The notes under the pieces were generated by a model, which was given only the letters and a program-made list of their open reading frames with translations, did not search any database and had not been told where the DNA came from. A program made the position numbers and the translations under genes. DNA of 62,437 nucleotides, the filler included, from Sphacelaria rigidula (Eukaryota): the NCBI GenBank assembly GCA_964200075.2. It is 7 parts of 7 records of this genome, joined end to end, with 100 filler letters (N's around TTAATTAATTAA, not from the genome) between each part and the next. Parts side by side here need not be neighbours in the genome. Positions count along the whole stretch, not along the records: positions 8,935 to 17,768 come from CAXNAA020009987.1; positions 17,869 to 26,702 come from CAXNAA020009988.1; 5 more parts are not named here. One strand, given 5' to 3'. The stretch's first letter is position 1. Each line of letters opens with the position of its first letter. Shown here piece after piece: positions 10,651 through 24,029 of the stretch.

Positions 10651-13600
10651 AATTACTTCTGCACATTGGTCCGATCCCAAACGGTCGATTTGAGCTCAAG
10701 CGCACAAGGAAAACGCTGGTGGTATACTAAAATCAAGTAAATAGGAGGATTCCGCGTACATCTGTATACTTCAACGCACACACGGACGGTTGTTCTCGCC
10801 GTTTTTTCGATTGAGGCCCTGAAAGTTTGCACGCAGGTTCTCTGAGATATTTAGAAACGTTGTGGGAATGAGGTCTTTCGATTTTTTTCGCCAGATGTCC
10901 GGGGTGCCAGAAGGCGGTGTCAACTCAACACATATAGCCTTCCTAAATACTCCATATCTCAGAGCATCCGCGTGCAAACTTCCAGGGTCTAACTCGACAA
11001 AACGGCGAGAGCAAGCGCCCCGGAGTAAAGTCCGGTCGTTCACCCTGAACCTTTTTCGGTAATGGCACCAGTCCTTCATGGCTTGACAGTTTTATGTTCC
11101 CCCCCCCCCCCCCCCCCCCCCCCCACACCCCCCCCCCCCTCCCCCCCCCGCCCACCCCCCCGCCNNNNNNNNNNTTCCCCCTCTCCTTTTTTTTCGATGG
11201 CCCCCCTCCTTTTGGTCTTTAACGTTTTTTTTTCCCCCCCCCCCCCCCCCCACCGCCCCAAATGCGCGCTCTAATTACCGCCGCGTGCAGACGGCCGACA
11301 AAGGCGCCAACGATGGCGATGGGTCGCCGGGGCTGTTGAGTTCGGACAGCGACAGCGACGAGGAGGGAAACGGTGGTTCGTCCTCCCACCTCAAGCTTCT
11401 CGATGGTTTCTTCCCCACTCTCGGAGAGACTCTGAGGTTCCATTTGCAGGTAAATCCCCATGACTCACGCACTGCATCACACGAGCTGTGCCGTTCCGTG
11501 TTGGAGAGGAGAGGAGAGGAGAGGAGAGAATAGGGATTGCTGAAGTCATCCCGTGGCGTGACTTTGTGCTTGGCATTAGGCCTAGTCTTGTTGCTTCTGT
11601 CTTCGTTATTTTCGTGACACTCTTTTTTGCCACCCGTCCTCTCTCTTACGGACGATGAATCACACCTGGTCTTACGAAATCAACCCACCCATCTCTCGTC
11701 CGCGATAGTAAACCTGCATGAAAAATAGTCATCGAACATCGAATCTGCACCCCCGTATAACGTCGACCTTGGTTCAGTGTTGCAGTCACATTATTTCGCT
11801 TTTCACGACAGAAACCAAGGGTGGTGAAGCGTTCCCGTCGGGATTAGATTGTACTTTTTGCTCTCAGACTCGTCGATGATGTACGAGTTTGAGGACGGGG
11901 GCGCGGCACCGTTTTCGTGTGGAGGGAAAGAAGGTTGGTGGAGTCACAGTATGGCAATGCGCGATGCAACCTGCCTGTCGTTCGTGTGACCGTGAGTGAC
12001 TTCACCGTGGTTGGACGTTCTTGGAGAACCAAGGCGTAAAACTTTTCACCCGATGCTAACTTGTATTTTTGGCGCACAGCAGTATATGCATACCCACAGA
12101 GGAACGTCAAACGAAGGGTGCTCTGAGCAGCGAAGGCACGAACTTTCAAGCCTTACGTCTGCGTTACTCTGCCTCGCGCTGCGACGGAATGCACTCACTG
12201 TTGGTAATGTAACGCCAGTCCGTGTTCCGTTTCACAGAAATATTGTCCCGCAGCATATCGACCAGTCGTTTCCGAAAAGTCAAATTAGCCACAACCAAAA
12301 CGCCAGAAACTTGGCAGCTGACAAGAACTTTCCAAAAAGCCTCGCAAAAATGGCAACTGCAGATTTTGCAGAAGATGATGCGGAATGTAGCGTCGTTCAT
12401 TTCGCTGCGTACGCTTTAAGAGCAAAGCTCTTCACTCTCAGGAATATCTCCCCGTCTCGATAGTGAGGAGCTTGTATCGCAGAATGAAGAGAGAAAATGC
12501 CTTCGTTCTTGGATGTGCTCTGAAAAAGAACAAGAAGAAATCTGATGACCAGATGGTACACTAGATCCTGCACGGCCGTCAACAGGAAGCTCCCGGATTG
12601 TTTTTGAGATTTCCCCTCCGCCAGTTTCCCCAGCGTCAATACTGTTGCAAAACCAAGAAATTAGTCACAGTTGAGTTTTGTCAAAGATATGCGGTTCGAA
12701 TCCCGGCATGATCGATTGCGGAAGGAATGAGTTTGACAGGTGAACAGTGAGGCTTGCGAGGGGCACGAGGTCCCGGAGATCACTGATGTGTCATGCCGGG
12801 ACGGACCACGCAACATATCTCTTGTTACAATAATTCAAGGGTTTTGCTCGGAACTGGTCGTTGTTGAGTTGTTCTTTTGGCGGGGGGGGGGGATCCGCCA
12901 CACCGAGTCGAACATGCCAACTGGTTATATCAAAATAATAGGATGCGTGTTCCAGTTAAACCCGGATTCCCAATGGTTGAAGGAACTTTGTTTCCTCAAA
13001 CCCCAATGCCAAAAAGTCCCATCTCACACTTAACCTGAGGCAGACCTAGAGCCCTCGGACAAAGGCGGTGCGCAGTGTCTTGAGAAAAGTACGCTCCGTT
13101 TGACGCGCCGATTTGTACCGAAAAAACGGGTGCTGCGTGCGCTGCGTACGCCCTGGGCGAGCCTTTGGGACGGGGAGCCCTTCCGGAACATTTGAATTAG
13201 ATTATTTACACAATTCAGAACCAAGCGAGTATGATGTTAAACATCGGATTTCCCGGCCAATGTGGAACAAACTCTGCGATACAGTAGCGGCAGCTCGATC
13301 CTTACTCCCCTGCAGGGTAGACACTCCGGCAATTGATCAAGCAGAGGGAGTGTGTTTTAGTTTTTGATGCTCTGTAGTAAGTACGAGGTAGGCGGTACTA
13401 GTCAGTCTTCTTTTCTTGGTCAGCGACGTATTTTGATGGAAAACGCCGAGAACTCGACGCTTTCAAAGCACCCGCGAAGTGATGAGGAGGCAACAGAAAG
13501 TGTTGTAGCATGTGCTGAATGTACGGGTGATTGACTGGTCTTGGATTTACCGAGACGATCCGGGTGGCAGGAGGCTTCAAGGTTCGACGAAGGTCCCAGG

Positions 13601-16600
13601 CACCTATATCCCTGAACTGGCTTCATACGGCTTCACGTCCTTAACCCTAACGAGGTACTCGTATCTTCTTAGCGTGTTGGCAGTGCAATCTCCTGTAGCG
13701 AAAGACTCCTGCTCTACGGGGATAGAAACGCGTTAGGTGTGCCTCTGGAAATTTAGGCGAGCGATGTGCACTTTGACCCGAGAGTTCCAGATATGATGAG
13801 CAGCACTTTACACCACGCGCGAAAATTGTAGAGGAAGACACACCCACATGGATATGTAGGTACTTCCTCTGTCCAATAAGTAAAGGTACCTTAATTTGTA
13901 CGGGCCCTTAACGATGTCTGATCGGTTTTTTTTTCATGAACTCTACGGTGTTTTTTGGGTTGAGAAAATGTGTTTAAAATTTGCAGCTCGTGCTTGATCC
14001 ATGCCGCCGAACGGCTATAAAAGATTTAGTCGGCCCCAAGATGGCCGTTTTTTGCCCCTTTCCGAGGGGGAAAAAGTGTCGATATTTTTCCGATATTTTT
14101 TGTCGGGTGGGACTTCCTGGCAGCAAGCTCCAGTGAAGACGGGGGCTATTGAAAAAATATTTTAAAAAAAATCGACACTTTTTTCCCCTCGGAAAAAGGC
14201 AAAAAACGGCCATTTTTGGGCCGACTACTTTTTTGCAGCCGTTCGGCGGCATGGTTCAAGCACGAGCTGCAAATTTTAAACACTCGTTCTTCACCCAAAA
14301 AACACCGTAGAGTTCATGAAATAAAAAAAAAAGATCGGACATCGTGAAGGGCCCGTACAAATTCAGGTACCTTTACTTATGGGACAGGAATCATGTATGT
14401 ATGTATGTATGTATGTATGTATGTATGTACGTACGTATTTCACCTGTGATGCTGCAGAGTGTAGAGCGATCGGTCCGGTCAGTCACACCAGCAACCATAG
14501 GCAACACCTCAGAGTATCCCCCTTCCACACTTCTATACGCCTATACGCCCACTTATCCACTGACCCAGGAAAAGGAAACTCGCGCAAAAGAGGTCGAGGC
14601 AGAGAGACAGAAAGACCTCGAGCGCGCGCGTCAGCGAGATGAAGAGAGGGAGATTGAGTGGAGACAACGGCGGGCCGAAATCAGGCGCCGGTCTAGATCA
14701 AGGTCTAGGTCTAGGTCTAGGTCTGAGTCTACTAGGTCTCGCGGAGGTTCACGAGATCACCGCAGTGACAGGTGTGTGCGCGTTATACTCCAGTGTGCGT
14801 GTGCGTGTTTTTGCGTTGTAAGTGCATAGTGCAGATGTACATTATTTGGTACAAGACCATGTACCACCCCTTTTTCAGGTGTTGCACTTTGTGGGGTGAT
14901 ATTTCGTCGATCGTGTATATTTGTACACACGTCACATTTTTAGCTGGGCCGCCGAAGATGCGAACATGAATATTGAACGGCGATCGTGTTGCTCAATTTG
15001 TTGTCGTTTTTATGAGATTTTGACACGATATACATTGTATATGTGCGGAGACCCTAACTTCGCCCTTTTTTTGTGAGTTATCCGCGATTCAGTCCCGAAA
15101 AAATGTTTAGAAAGTTTCATAGAAAACGACTCAAAATTGAACCGCAAAATCTCGTTTTTTTGTCGAAAACCGGTTCCAATGTGGAAACGGACCGACCAAG
15201 GTGCGAACAGGAAAATTTGAGGCGCGGTCGCGTTGTTCAATTTTGAATTCAAATTCCATAAAACTCTGATATGATGTACATGAGGAATGTGCCAAGACCC
15301 TACTTGTACCCCCTCACTATTTGTTTTGGTGAGTTACCGACGTTTTTTATTTTTACCGGAAGCGGCTGTTGCGAGATCTGTGTCATCGATAGCTCACAAA
15401 GAGAAGTAAAAGAGTGGGAGGGAAATGAATGTATTTGCACCTTCATGTACATCATGTCAAAATTGTGTAGAAAACAACTTGAAATTAAACAGCGCAACCG
15501 TGTTTTCTGGCGAGAACCAGTTGACTTGCGTTCAGAGTTCAACAACCTCACCCGAAACTTGAACGTTCTACAAATGTTTTTCACCCACTACTCACCGATT
15601 CGCACACTACTACTAGATGCTTCGCGCGCTGGGGGCCTCGCCTGCTTCCCATCTTCGACATTGCGCGCCTACAGTAGAACACATACTGTTTCACAAGCAC
15701 ACCTTGTGCGGCACCACGACTTGCGACGGCAGCACAACCGACTGTAACCGAAAATTCGATTTGAGCCGTTTTTGTTTCTTCTAGTTCCGTCCTATATGTC
15801 ACCCTCAACTCTCTACATTTCGCAGCCAGTTACAGTTAGGCATTTCGTGTGGACGGAATCTTGTTGGATCGCAGTGCCACGTGAATTGAGAGACGCGCGT
15901 TGATTTGTCGATTACCAAGATCTGTCACAGTAGGCACAACTCGCGGTACATGGTGAGTTGGAACCGGCCGAAGAAAAGTGAGCCTCTGAGGCGGCCCAGC
16001 TTGTACCAGCCGCAAGGGTGGAGAGACATTGGTCGCTATCAAATAGCTCTTTTTCGCCTTCCGCGCCTGCTGCTTTTGCTCGCACTGACAAATATCGTAG
16101 CGGTGAACGTCAGATCGCGAGGTGCCGAGAACAACCTACATTGCATGGCGGGAATAATTTCAGTGGACTGTAGTGGCGTAGTGGGCTGGTGATGAAATTT
16201 ATGAAAAAATTGCTCGCTGTTCCGCCGCGTTCCTCTCCTATGCATGACGCATAGTGCTTGATGATCTCAGTTCTTGCTGTACATGTAGGATACCAGATAA
16301 GACTCAAAATTGGTGGTTTGGGGGTAGAATCATACGTGCAGATGGGATTATGGAATGTGTTTTTTCTCCCGACGAGACACGAGTATATTCTAAAACTCAG
16401 TGACCCGGTGTTTTTGTTCCGAAACGGCACTTTGTCATCCGAGATGTCACATTTTGTACCCGGCGATATTATTCCGACATGGCGACCCGATTCGGCGGAT
16501 TTACCCCGACTGTTGCGCGGATATATATAATTGACTCTTCCGAAGCATTTGCCATGCCCCTCTTGAATCCGAAAGGCAAAGTTTAAGATCTCACATGCCC

Positions 16601-17365
16601 AGCTCCGAACCGCGCATAACTTTTCCATTAGCATCTTCAACTCGGACGGCAAGAGTGCATCTCTCACGCAACCGTGTTCGAACCGCTATATGTTGAAGAC
16701 AAAGGGCACGTGGACGAAACACACTCAACAGCATCCACCGTTCATGTAGAGAATCTTGACTCTCGCCGAGCTCAGCATTCACTGCACCTTAGATGCCCCC
16801 CGCCCCCGCCCCCGCCTCCGCTCCCCGTCCAACAAATCGCGTACTACTCAGTGAAGCAGAGGTTGCATTGTGTTCCCTGAGCATACTGTACCGCGATGTT
16901 TATGCAGGGCATTACTCTAAAAATTATCTTGGAGCCATTTGCTTCTGCCTTATCCGTCCGTCCGCCTGTTCCGCGTTCGGGCCCATTTTCGAAATGTGCT
17001 TCGGGGGCAGACACCGAGACAGGGATAGACACAAGCACAGAAGCAGAGACAGGCACAGAAGTCGGGACAGAAGGAGAGACAGGAGCAGGGACAGGAGGGA
17101 CAGGAGCAGAGATAGTGATGACAGCAGAGACCGGAATAATGGCAGAGACAGGGAGAGGCGAAGCGGCAGAGACAGAGATAGACATAGAGGTAAGGGCAGG
17201 GACGGCAGAAGCGGAAGAGATGACAGAGATGGCCGTGACGACGACAGCGACGATTCCGTACCTCGCGCTTCTTCGAGGAGTTCAACCGGGGGTAAGAGTG
17301 GTGGCGGAGGCGGGAGTGGAAAGCAGCAGAGCGGCAAGACTGGGGGCAAGACCGCCGAGAAGAAG
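9393..17365 (+). CDS. Partial multi-exon gene for an Arg/Ser/Asp-rich splicing-related protein, CLASRP/SFRS16-like
   Basis: Phase-consistent GT-AG exons 9393-9598, 11291-11449, 14569-14771 and 17011-17365, with a possible 11-nt microexon at 9299-9309. Product includes RDGPTYEDIG...RQYITSFEVSD (cf. CLASRP RDSPTYDPY...ITFITSFGGSD), RSRSRSRS and a long RD/RS tract ending KTAEKK. The 5' and 3' exons are off-contig. Confidence 0.75.
10581..10652. repeat. (ATT)n microsatellite (intronic)
   Basis: Long perfect ATT run. Confidence 0.95.
10792..11012. mobile_element. MITE-like imperfect inverted repeat, same family as 25574-25855
   Basis: gttctcgccgtttt...ccctgaaagtttgcacgc...ctctgagatat pairs with atatctcagag...gcgtgcaaacttccaggg...aaaacggcgagagc. 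Confidence 0.65.
13861..14390. mobile_element. Stowaway-like (Tc1/mariner) foldback MITE, ~530 bp with ~230-bp inverted arms
   Basis: Left end TA-CTTCCTCTGTCCAATAAGTAAAGGTACC and right end GGTACCTTTACTTATGGGACAG. The arms are complementary over most of their length. An intact right terminus of the same family (cctttacttatggcacagaggaag-TA) is at 36134-36159. A (TATG)n run follows. Confidence 0.85.
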
Positions 17366-19811
17366 GTGCCAAGCGAAGAGTTTCCCCCCCTTGATGTCCC
17401 GATGTCGTAGTTTCTTTTGTTTCTGTGGTTGTGTGTCTTGTGTGTTCATGTGTGCGTATGTGGTGTGTGCGTTGCATTTGTCGTTGTTGTATTTTGTTGT
17501 CGGTTGTTGCGTGTTTTGCATCACTGGATTTGTTACGTCAGGCGGTGATATGTATACCCACGTCTTCGTCATGTGTAGACGCAAAGTGGAGGGCAGGCGG
17601 AATGATAGGGCTGCAACAGTGGAGTGTAAGCTGCTTGGGCGCTGTCGTTGGCGGTCGTTGGTGGTCCATCTGTCAAATATATATACATGTATATCGTTTT
17701 CGTTGCGGCGAACGACAAGCGAACCACCCCACCCCCGAAACCGCACACATCCACACCACCGCGCTGCANNNNNNNNNNNNNNNNNNNNNNNNNNNNNNNN
17801 NNNNNNNNNNNNTTAATTAATTAANNNNNNNNNNNNNNNNNNNNNNNNNNNNNNNNNNNNNNNNNNNNCAATCTCGAAACCTCGGAGCCAAGCGAGTCTG
17901 AAAAGTGGGCTAGACTCCTCTCTGTGGGGTGATGCAAAGTGTCCAAGACGTGTGTTGGCGGTTTTCCCTGTTTGGGGATCAAAAGGGGGGTCAAATGTTC
18001 CCAAGGTGAACAATCCGTGGGCCAAAAATCTGTTTGCCATAACCCCCGGCCTTAGAGCGATTTGAAGTTTTTGCAAATACTATAAAATGTTACTACAATT
18101 CCGTGAAGAAAAAATGTGGAGGCATCTCCAGAAATTTTGTGCGTCCTGGTGTATTTTCGGCCAAATTATCTGGAAATTTGGCCGATTCGGCAATTTTTCG
18201 TGCGGCACGGCTGCGCCCTGGTGTTCAACCTGGTAGAACTGCTTCTTATTACAGAGAGTTCGAACCCCGACACGACCATTTTGTTTTTTGCGCATATTCT
18301 GGAATAGGGCCTTGCATCTAGGGGGTATATAGCGCAGTTTGAGGTCGTACTCTTCCCTCCTACAGTAGTCAATGACCGTCGGCTGGGAGATTCCATCATG
18401 ATGGAGCTGTTGACGACCTTTATGCCATCTTGCAGCACTACTCGTACCAGTGTACTTTTGCCTGTGCATGTCGGGGCTTCGCGTGCCTGTGCCGCGCAAT
18501 TCTCTACCTCAACTCCACCGCATTTCGGGAAACGAAACGTTTCCAGATTAGTGACGCTACTACGGTAGGGTTCCACTTTTTGAGCCAAAATGTTTCTCGC
18601 GGTGTTACACGGATCATTTTGAAAATCGACATCATTTTCACTTGGAAAAAGACCTAAAATAATCCCGATTCACGAAAAGGCCCCGGTGTGCATCTCCACG
18701 TTATGTCCCCGGAGACACGCTTTGACGCAACGACACTGAACGTTTCCGGTACTCCATGCAGTACAATGATATCATCGCCAGAACTTTGCCAATCGATCAG
18801 CGGCGGTGCCGTGCATTACCAGGTTGGTCTGCAGTTCACAACGACATGCTCGAGTCGAGCTGATTTGGTAAACTTGACGAGTCATGGCTGGAGATGCAAA
18901 TGCGGGATATACTGCTGGCCCAGCTCGTTATCTGCGTAAACAGGGTATCGTTGGTACGGTACCCCCAGGAGGAAAGAAGCACCGAGAGTCGTCCCCACGA
19001 GCGCAGTAACATCGTTACGCTGCGGCAAAAAACGATGGATGACCAGCGGTGAATTACGTTGCGTTCCAAGTGTCGAGTAGGAGCGTGGGGCTCCACATTC
19101 AGTCATCCGAATGGTCGCCTGGGCCACCGGTTTTTTTGGGGCTGCCATAATTTCTGGTGATTGTATCGCGTTGGTGTTTGTTTTGCTAGGTTATACTTCA
19201 ATACTTGATTATACTCTATTTTGGGTCGTCAGTCCGTGACCTTGGAAGGTGTCTGTATCTGAATACGGAAGTAACAAGTATTGACCAGATGTTGAAACGG
19301 TTTTGAATGTGAAGACAACAACAATCAAGAACTTCAGGGGAGCTCGAATAGTAGAAACCAGCGTCTCTGGCATATGTTTATATAATTGTATCCATGTACG
19401 ATACTTTTCCATATCGCTCGGCACCCTCCCCTCGATCCTCAGGAAAAGCTTCTTGCAACAACAGCAATTTCCGCGTATAGCAAGATGACGCGTCCTGAAG
19501 CAAACCCTGCAAGCCGGCCAACCCCTTATGCCCCTTCCCGTCCATCTTTGCTACATGACCAGCACCATCATAGGTTACGACCATTCCCTAGAGTACTGCC
19601 GGTGCCAGAGGTGCACAACACAGCAAAGTATAGACGTCGAGTACACCTGCGACGAACGGAAGCACGGCTCCGTTTTCCCGCACCCTCCTGAAAGTAAACG
19701 TCGTCTTAGAGGGAGACCTCGTGAACAAATATCGAAATGGACCCTAAATTGCACATCTTCACGAGCTAATGAAAGACAAAACTCATGAGAAGCACGGCAG
19801 TTTGTTAATGT

Positions 19812-20959
19812 CTACTTGTGAGCCGCCGCTGCCGCCTCATCTTCCGCGCGCTTCTTGTAGTACGCCTGAGTTGCATCAGTGACAAGTGCAGGCAAGACGT
19901 TTTGAGGAGAATATCAACGCACGGGGACCGGGAGGGGTTGAGTGAAAGGTGTTTGGACATGGCTGAAGGGCGCCAAGGACAAAATCCGATGACGTGGAGG
20001 ACGATCAAAGGGTCCCCCTTTGGCAGAACGCTACACGTTACAACACTTTGTTAACATTTCGGGGAAGAGGATGAGAATAAGTGTGAGTACGTGCCAGAGG
20101 AAGCGAGAGGTGATATGACGGACAGAGGAGACGGAGGTCAACGACACGAACAACAAAGAGAACAGTAGTAAGACCTTGCCCCGTATCCTGTCATCAACCA
20201 TCACCAGCAGTATTCCGCAATCCACAGCGATCGATAACATCCACTCTCCGTTCTTCAGCACTATAAATATTTCTCGGTGCCTTCACATCAAGTCTCGCGC
20301 AAGTGTGAAAACACATCATCTCCACACGTGCTGCCTAGCTCGGCTTGGCCAGTGGTCTTCGATAGATCCTCTCACTTCCAGATCTCACTACACGTGCAAT
20401 AGTTTCCACCAACAAGAGCTTCTCGACCAACACCCCTCGTACTCTCTCAACACCCTCCGTTACATCCTAGATAATGTCGAAAAAAAATATACCACCACTT
20501 TGAAAAATGGACCTTTCTCGGAAGTGTGTGATTTCAAGATACCACTAACCGTGAACCCAAACGAAGACATACGAGAAGCAGAACCCTCGGGCAAGGGGGG
20601 TGCAAAGTGTTCCCTCGACAAAGTGTGGCGTTGGTAGACCTCAACCCGGCGCTTGCGGCATTGGTTTGAACAAAAACGCGTTCTGCGCACATCAGGAGCA
20701 CTCAGGGACTGTCCGTCCCACTAAGGATCCGAATTTTGGTGTTCGCGCTCTCATCAAGTGAGAATATCCCACAATAGTTTCTTATTACCAAGCGATAACA
20801 TATACTGCATTGAATGAACAGGCCCAACTTCACCTTAATTCTCGCTTCGTCCGGCTTCGATACCGCCACATAGTACGCCGACGCCGCGGTAAGTCCCAAG
20901 GCCAGCCCCTTCGCGGCTTCTATCATGAAGTTGCGGTAAAGCTGTGGTGAGCCCGCCAT
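19812..20959 (-). CDS. Complete 2-exon 59-aa single-TM microprotein resembling cytochrome c oxidase small subunit (yeast Cox9 / COX6C / plant COX5c)
   Basis: Exon 1 is 20959-20834 (ATG...AAG|GTGAAG) and exon 2 is 19865-19812 (CTCAG|GCG...TAG). Product: MAGSPQLYRNFMIEAAKGLALGLTAASAYYVAVSKPDEARIKAYYKKRAEDEAAAAAHK. The E-x3-GLALGL TM followed by R-x2-(A/F)Y matches the Cox9/COX5c pattern. Confidence 0.8.
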
Positions 20960-21669
20960 CGTTCTTATAGGTTAAACAATGTAAGCTGCAGACACAAACT
21001 GTTATTTACACAAGGGTGGAAGAACCAGCAATCAGACGCACGCACAAGCGATATTTGCGGAGCAAGCATAATTAGATGATGACGTGAATGAGGGCATTGG
21101 GGGGCGAACGTGAAGTATTTCCAATACCACAGCACAAAATACGGTATGCACGAAGGCACAGTGACCCGTCTGAGAACAGCAGCGCGAATCGAGTACGGCG
21201 TAGTGTCCGCCGTGACTACATTCGAAAGCTGCTCGCTGGCAACATTGACAGGGTCTACTGTATATGGTTATTCGACGCCCTTCCTCCACGTAAATTTTGC
21301 TGATCGTAAGTCGCTTATGATTCCGGAAATTGCTTTGGTCCCTCCGTACACTGCACTTTCTTGGGCGCAAGCTTTTCGAGATGTCATATTCCGTCTACAG
21401 TACTCATCTGCTTTGCTATCACGTATCCTCCTACATAGGCTACGACCCCCCCCTCCCCCGTGTACACAGATGGGCACAGGATGAAATTGAGGATCTGGGG
21501 GCAGCATTGTAAATACACCAACACAAGCACGCATCAAGATGGGCGAAGTTGACGAAACACAGGACCGCAATTCGCCCACCGACGGCAAGATACATCCAAT
21601 TGGATTGATTGCGATTGCATACCGCAGATCAGCCCCCCTCCGTATACCTCAAATGTTTGACATTACTTT

Positions 21670-21898
21670 GATGCACAAAACTCGACTTCGCGGTCGACGA
21701 GGGAAATCGACCGCTGAACCCCTGTCGAGATGAAACTTGAAGGCAACCACCGCAGAAGGAAGGTGGAGAACTAACACATAAAAAAGAAGAAAAAACTCCC
21801 GTGTTGGCATTCCTCCTGTGTGACCCCGGCTGATACGCGCACATACACGGAAAGGTGTACACTGGTGTCCAGAATAGATGAGATGACAACACACAACA
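21670..21898 (+). mobile_element. SINE family A, 5'-truncated copy
   Basis: Aligns with the reverse complement of 51588-51810 (cggtcgacgagggaaa...cctcctgtgtgaccccggctg...tccagaatagatg...gacaacacac). Confidence 0.8.
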
Positions 21899-24029
21899 TG
21901 GACTATTGTAATACAACAACAGATTGCGAATACGGTACTGAAGTCACCTAATTTATACCCCCAGAGCATACTCGAGTGAACGACACGCCCATCGCAGATG
22001 TTTTGCACCCGACAGTCGGGCCGGTAGTTCTGCGATACAAAACATTTTCAGCATCTCTTGTGGGCCTGACGGGCCGGGATTGAAGCCCATCGGAGTTACT
22101 CAGGCAGCCCTCTCGATGTTCCATGTCTCGCGATGTTTCCTGGCGTCCTCATCAGCGTTCCACCCAGCACTATTTTCTTGTTTTGTCGTTCACGTCTGAT
22201 CGCGTATTTTCGTGTAAAATGACGAATATCCCAGGTTTCGGGCTGGACGCTACACACTGTACACCAACTGTTATGGTGAACTCCAGCACGCATCGAGAAT
22301 GCCTCATCAAGCAAACAATCGAACTGTAATATATATTTAAGGTGCCATGTATAAGAAGGGACTCGGGAGAAACCTGAGGTGGAGTACGGTGAGTTCAGGC
22401 GTATTTCATCGCTGCTTTGGCGTTCACCACCGTCTACCCCCGCGGACCAGCGCCGTTACGTTGCCGGAGACTACTGCTGTAGTACCACATCGCTTGCTAG
22501 CTGACAAAGGCGACTCCCGCTCACGATTAAATCATCAGCACTCTCTTGCAAGAGGTCCGGCGGTTTAATCTTCACCTCGCCGATTGAGCACCTTGTTGAA
22601 AGCCCGCCAACGTGTCGACACTTTACATTCAAAATCCCGCTTGTAATTGCCTCTATTACCAAATGTTTATGGGCAGCAAAGTTTGGGATATTATGCCGTG
22701 CTGACATCAGATGCAGAAATCTTCTGGGCCAACAGGTATACTATACGCACGTGATGTAAGGACGATTAGCAGTCAATCAATTGCAAAAGGTGTCACGAGA
22801 TTGTTTCCATGCCGCACATAACACGACTCCATATACGTTGGACAACTCTACAAAACACCGGGATATCACAGCGTACTCGACGCATCTTAAGCACCCAGTC
22901 CGCACCCAGCGCTGAAGATCTGTACCGACGTTTCAAATACGGACAAGTTTTCAAACAAGCACACTACACAACTCTTGATAGCGGCCCGACGTGCACCACA
23001 CATCAAAATGTCCATCGCAATTGCAGCGCGAAGCCCGGGGAGCTTGGATTCGCCAACATTAGTCCCTGCTGCTTTAGGGGTGATAGTTTCGACCGCGTCT
23101 TCCATGCTCAAACGTCCGAAACAGAAATTGATGATACTTCAATCGATGAGAGCACTGAACGACACAAGATCTACTTGCTACACATGGAGAGCCGAACCGC
23201 ATTTCCATCAGCGCATGACAAAATAAGTCCCAACGCGATAAAACGGTTGCCGCAAATGAAGCTAGGGTGACAGACCAAGTCACGAGCAGCAGAAATCAGT
23301 AAACTCTAGCTTCAACTGGTCGAAAAACCCATGGCTACGTTAATACTTGGTTCCACCATAGACGATCACATCGCATCTTTTTGGGGCTCACTCAGTCCCA
23401 GGTACCCGCCAGCGTCTGCAGGACGCGTTTTTGCCGAACGCACACCTTACCTACGTAGGACGCCATGCGGACCACCCCTGCTCAGAGGGTTCTCGGCACG
23501 CCTTGGATTGGGGCTAGGGTTACAGTTAGCGTTAGCGGTATGTGTGAATCCCAGTTCCTCGAACCCAACATGCCTTCCTGGTTTTGTCCATAAGGAAACA
23601 TTCGGCCACCAGGAAGGTTCCTCGGGTTGTGGCCTAGACCTCTCTCGGAGAGATGTTCTTTACTCCTTGTAGCAGTTCGTTTTCTGTTCCCCCTGTCCGA
23701 GACGAGATGCGACGCTACCCCTCGCACCCCGTCTCACACTCATGTTCTCCCACACTTCTTCGTCAAGCTCTCCCGAGCATTATCCTCAACGAGCTGTCGT
23801 AGCTCAACAGACTGAACACTCTGGTGTCCGCGGAGAGACGAGGGCTCGTAACCCTCCGGCGGTTTCCTACAGTGTACAACCCTTATTGACGTCGACCGGT
23901 CAAGCTCAACCGAACACGGTATCTACAGTGATTACAGATTGTTTTCCGATTGAGGACCCTCCGCCCCAGCACTACAGGTCAGGTGGCAAAAGCTCAGGAA
24001 AAGAACCCACCGGCCAAACCACAACGGTC

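Noticed and set aside
11098-11252. Pro-/Gly-rich ORFs around poly-C and a 10-N gap
   Set aside because: Low-quality homopolymer sequence next to a scaffold gap inside an intron.
16896-17816. 306-aa Thr/Glu/Gly-rich ORF and antisense Leu/Ser ORFs
   Set aside because: Alternative-frame shadows of the purine-rich RS/RD exon 17011-17365.
18166-18588. P-loop-like APTCTGKSTLV
   Set aside because: No preceding hydrophobic strand, no Walker B and no splice support. Probably chance.
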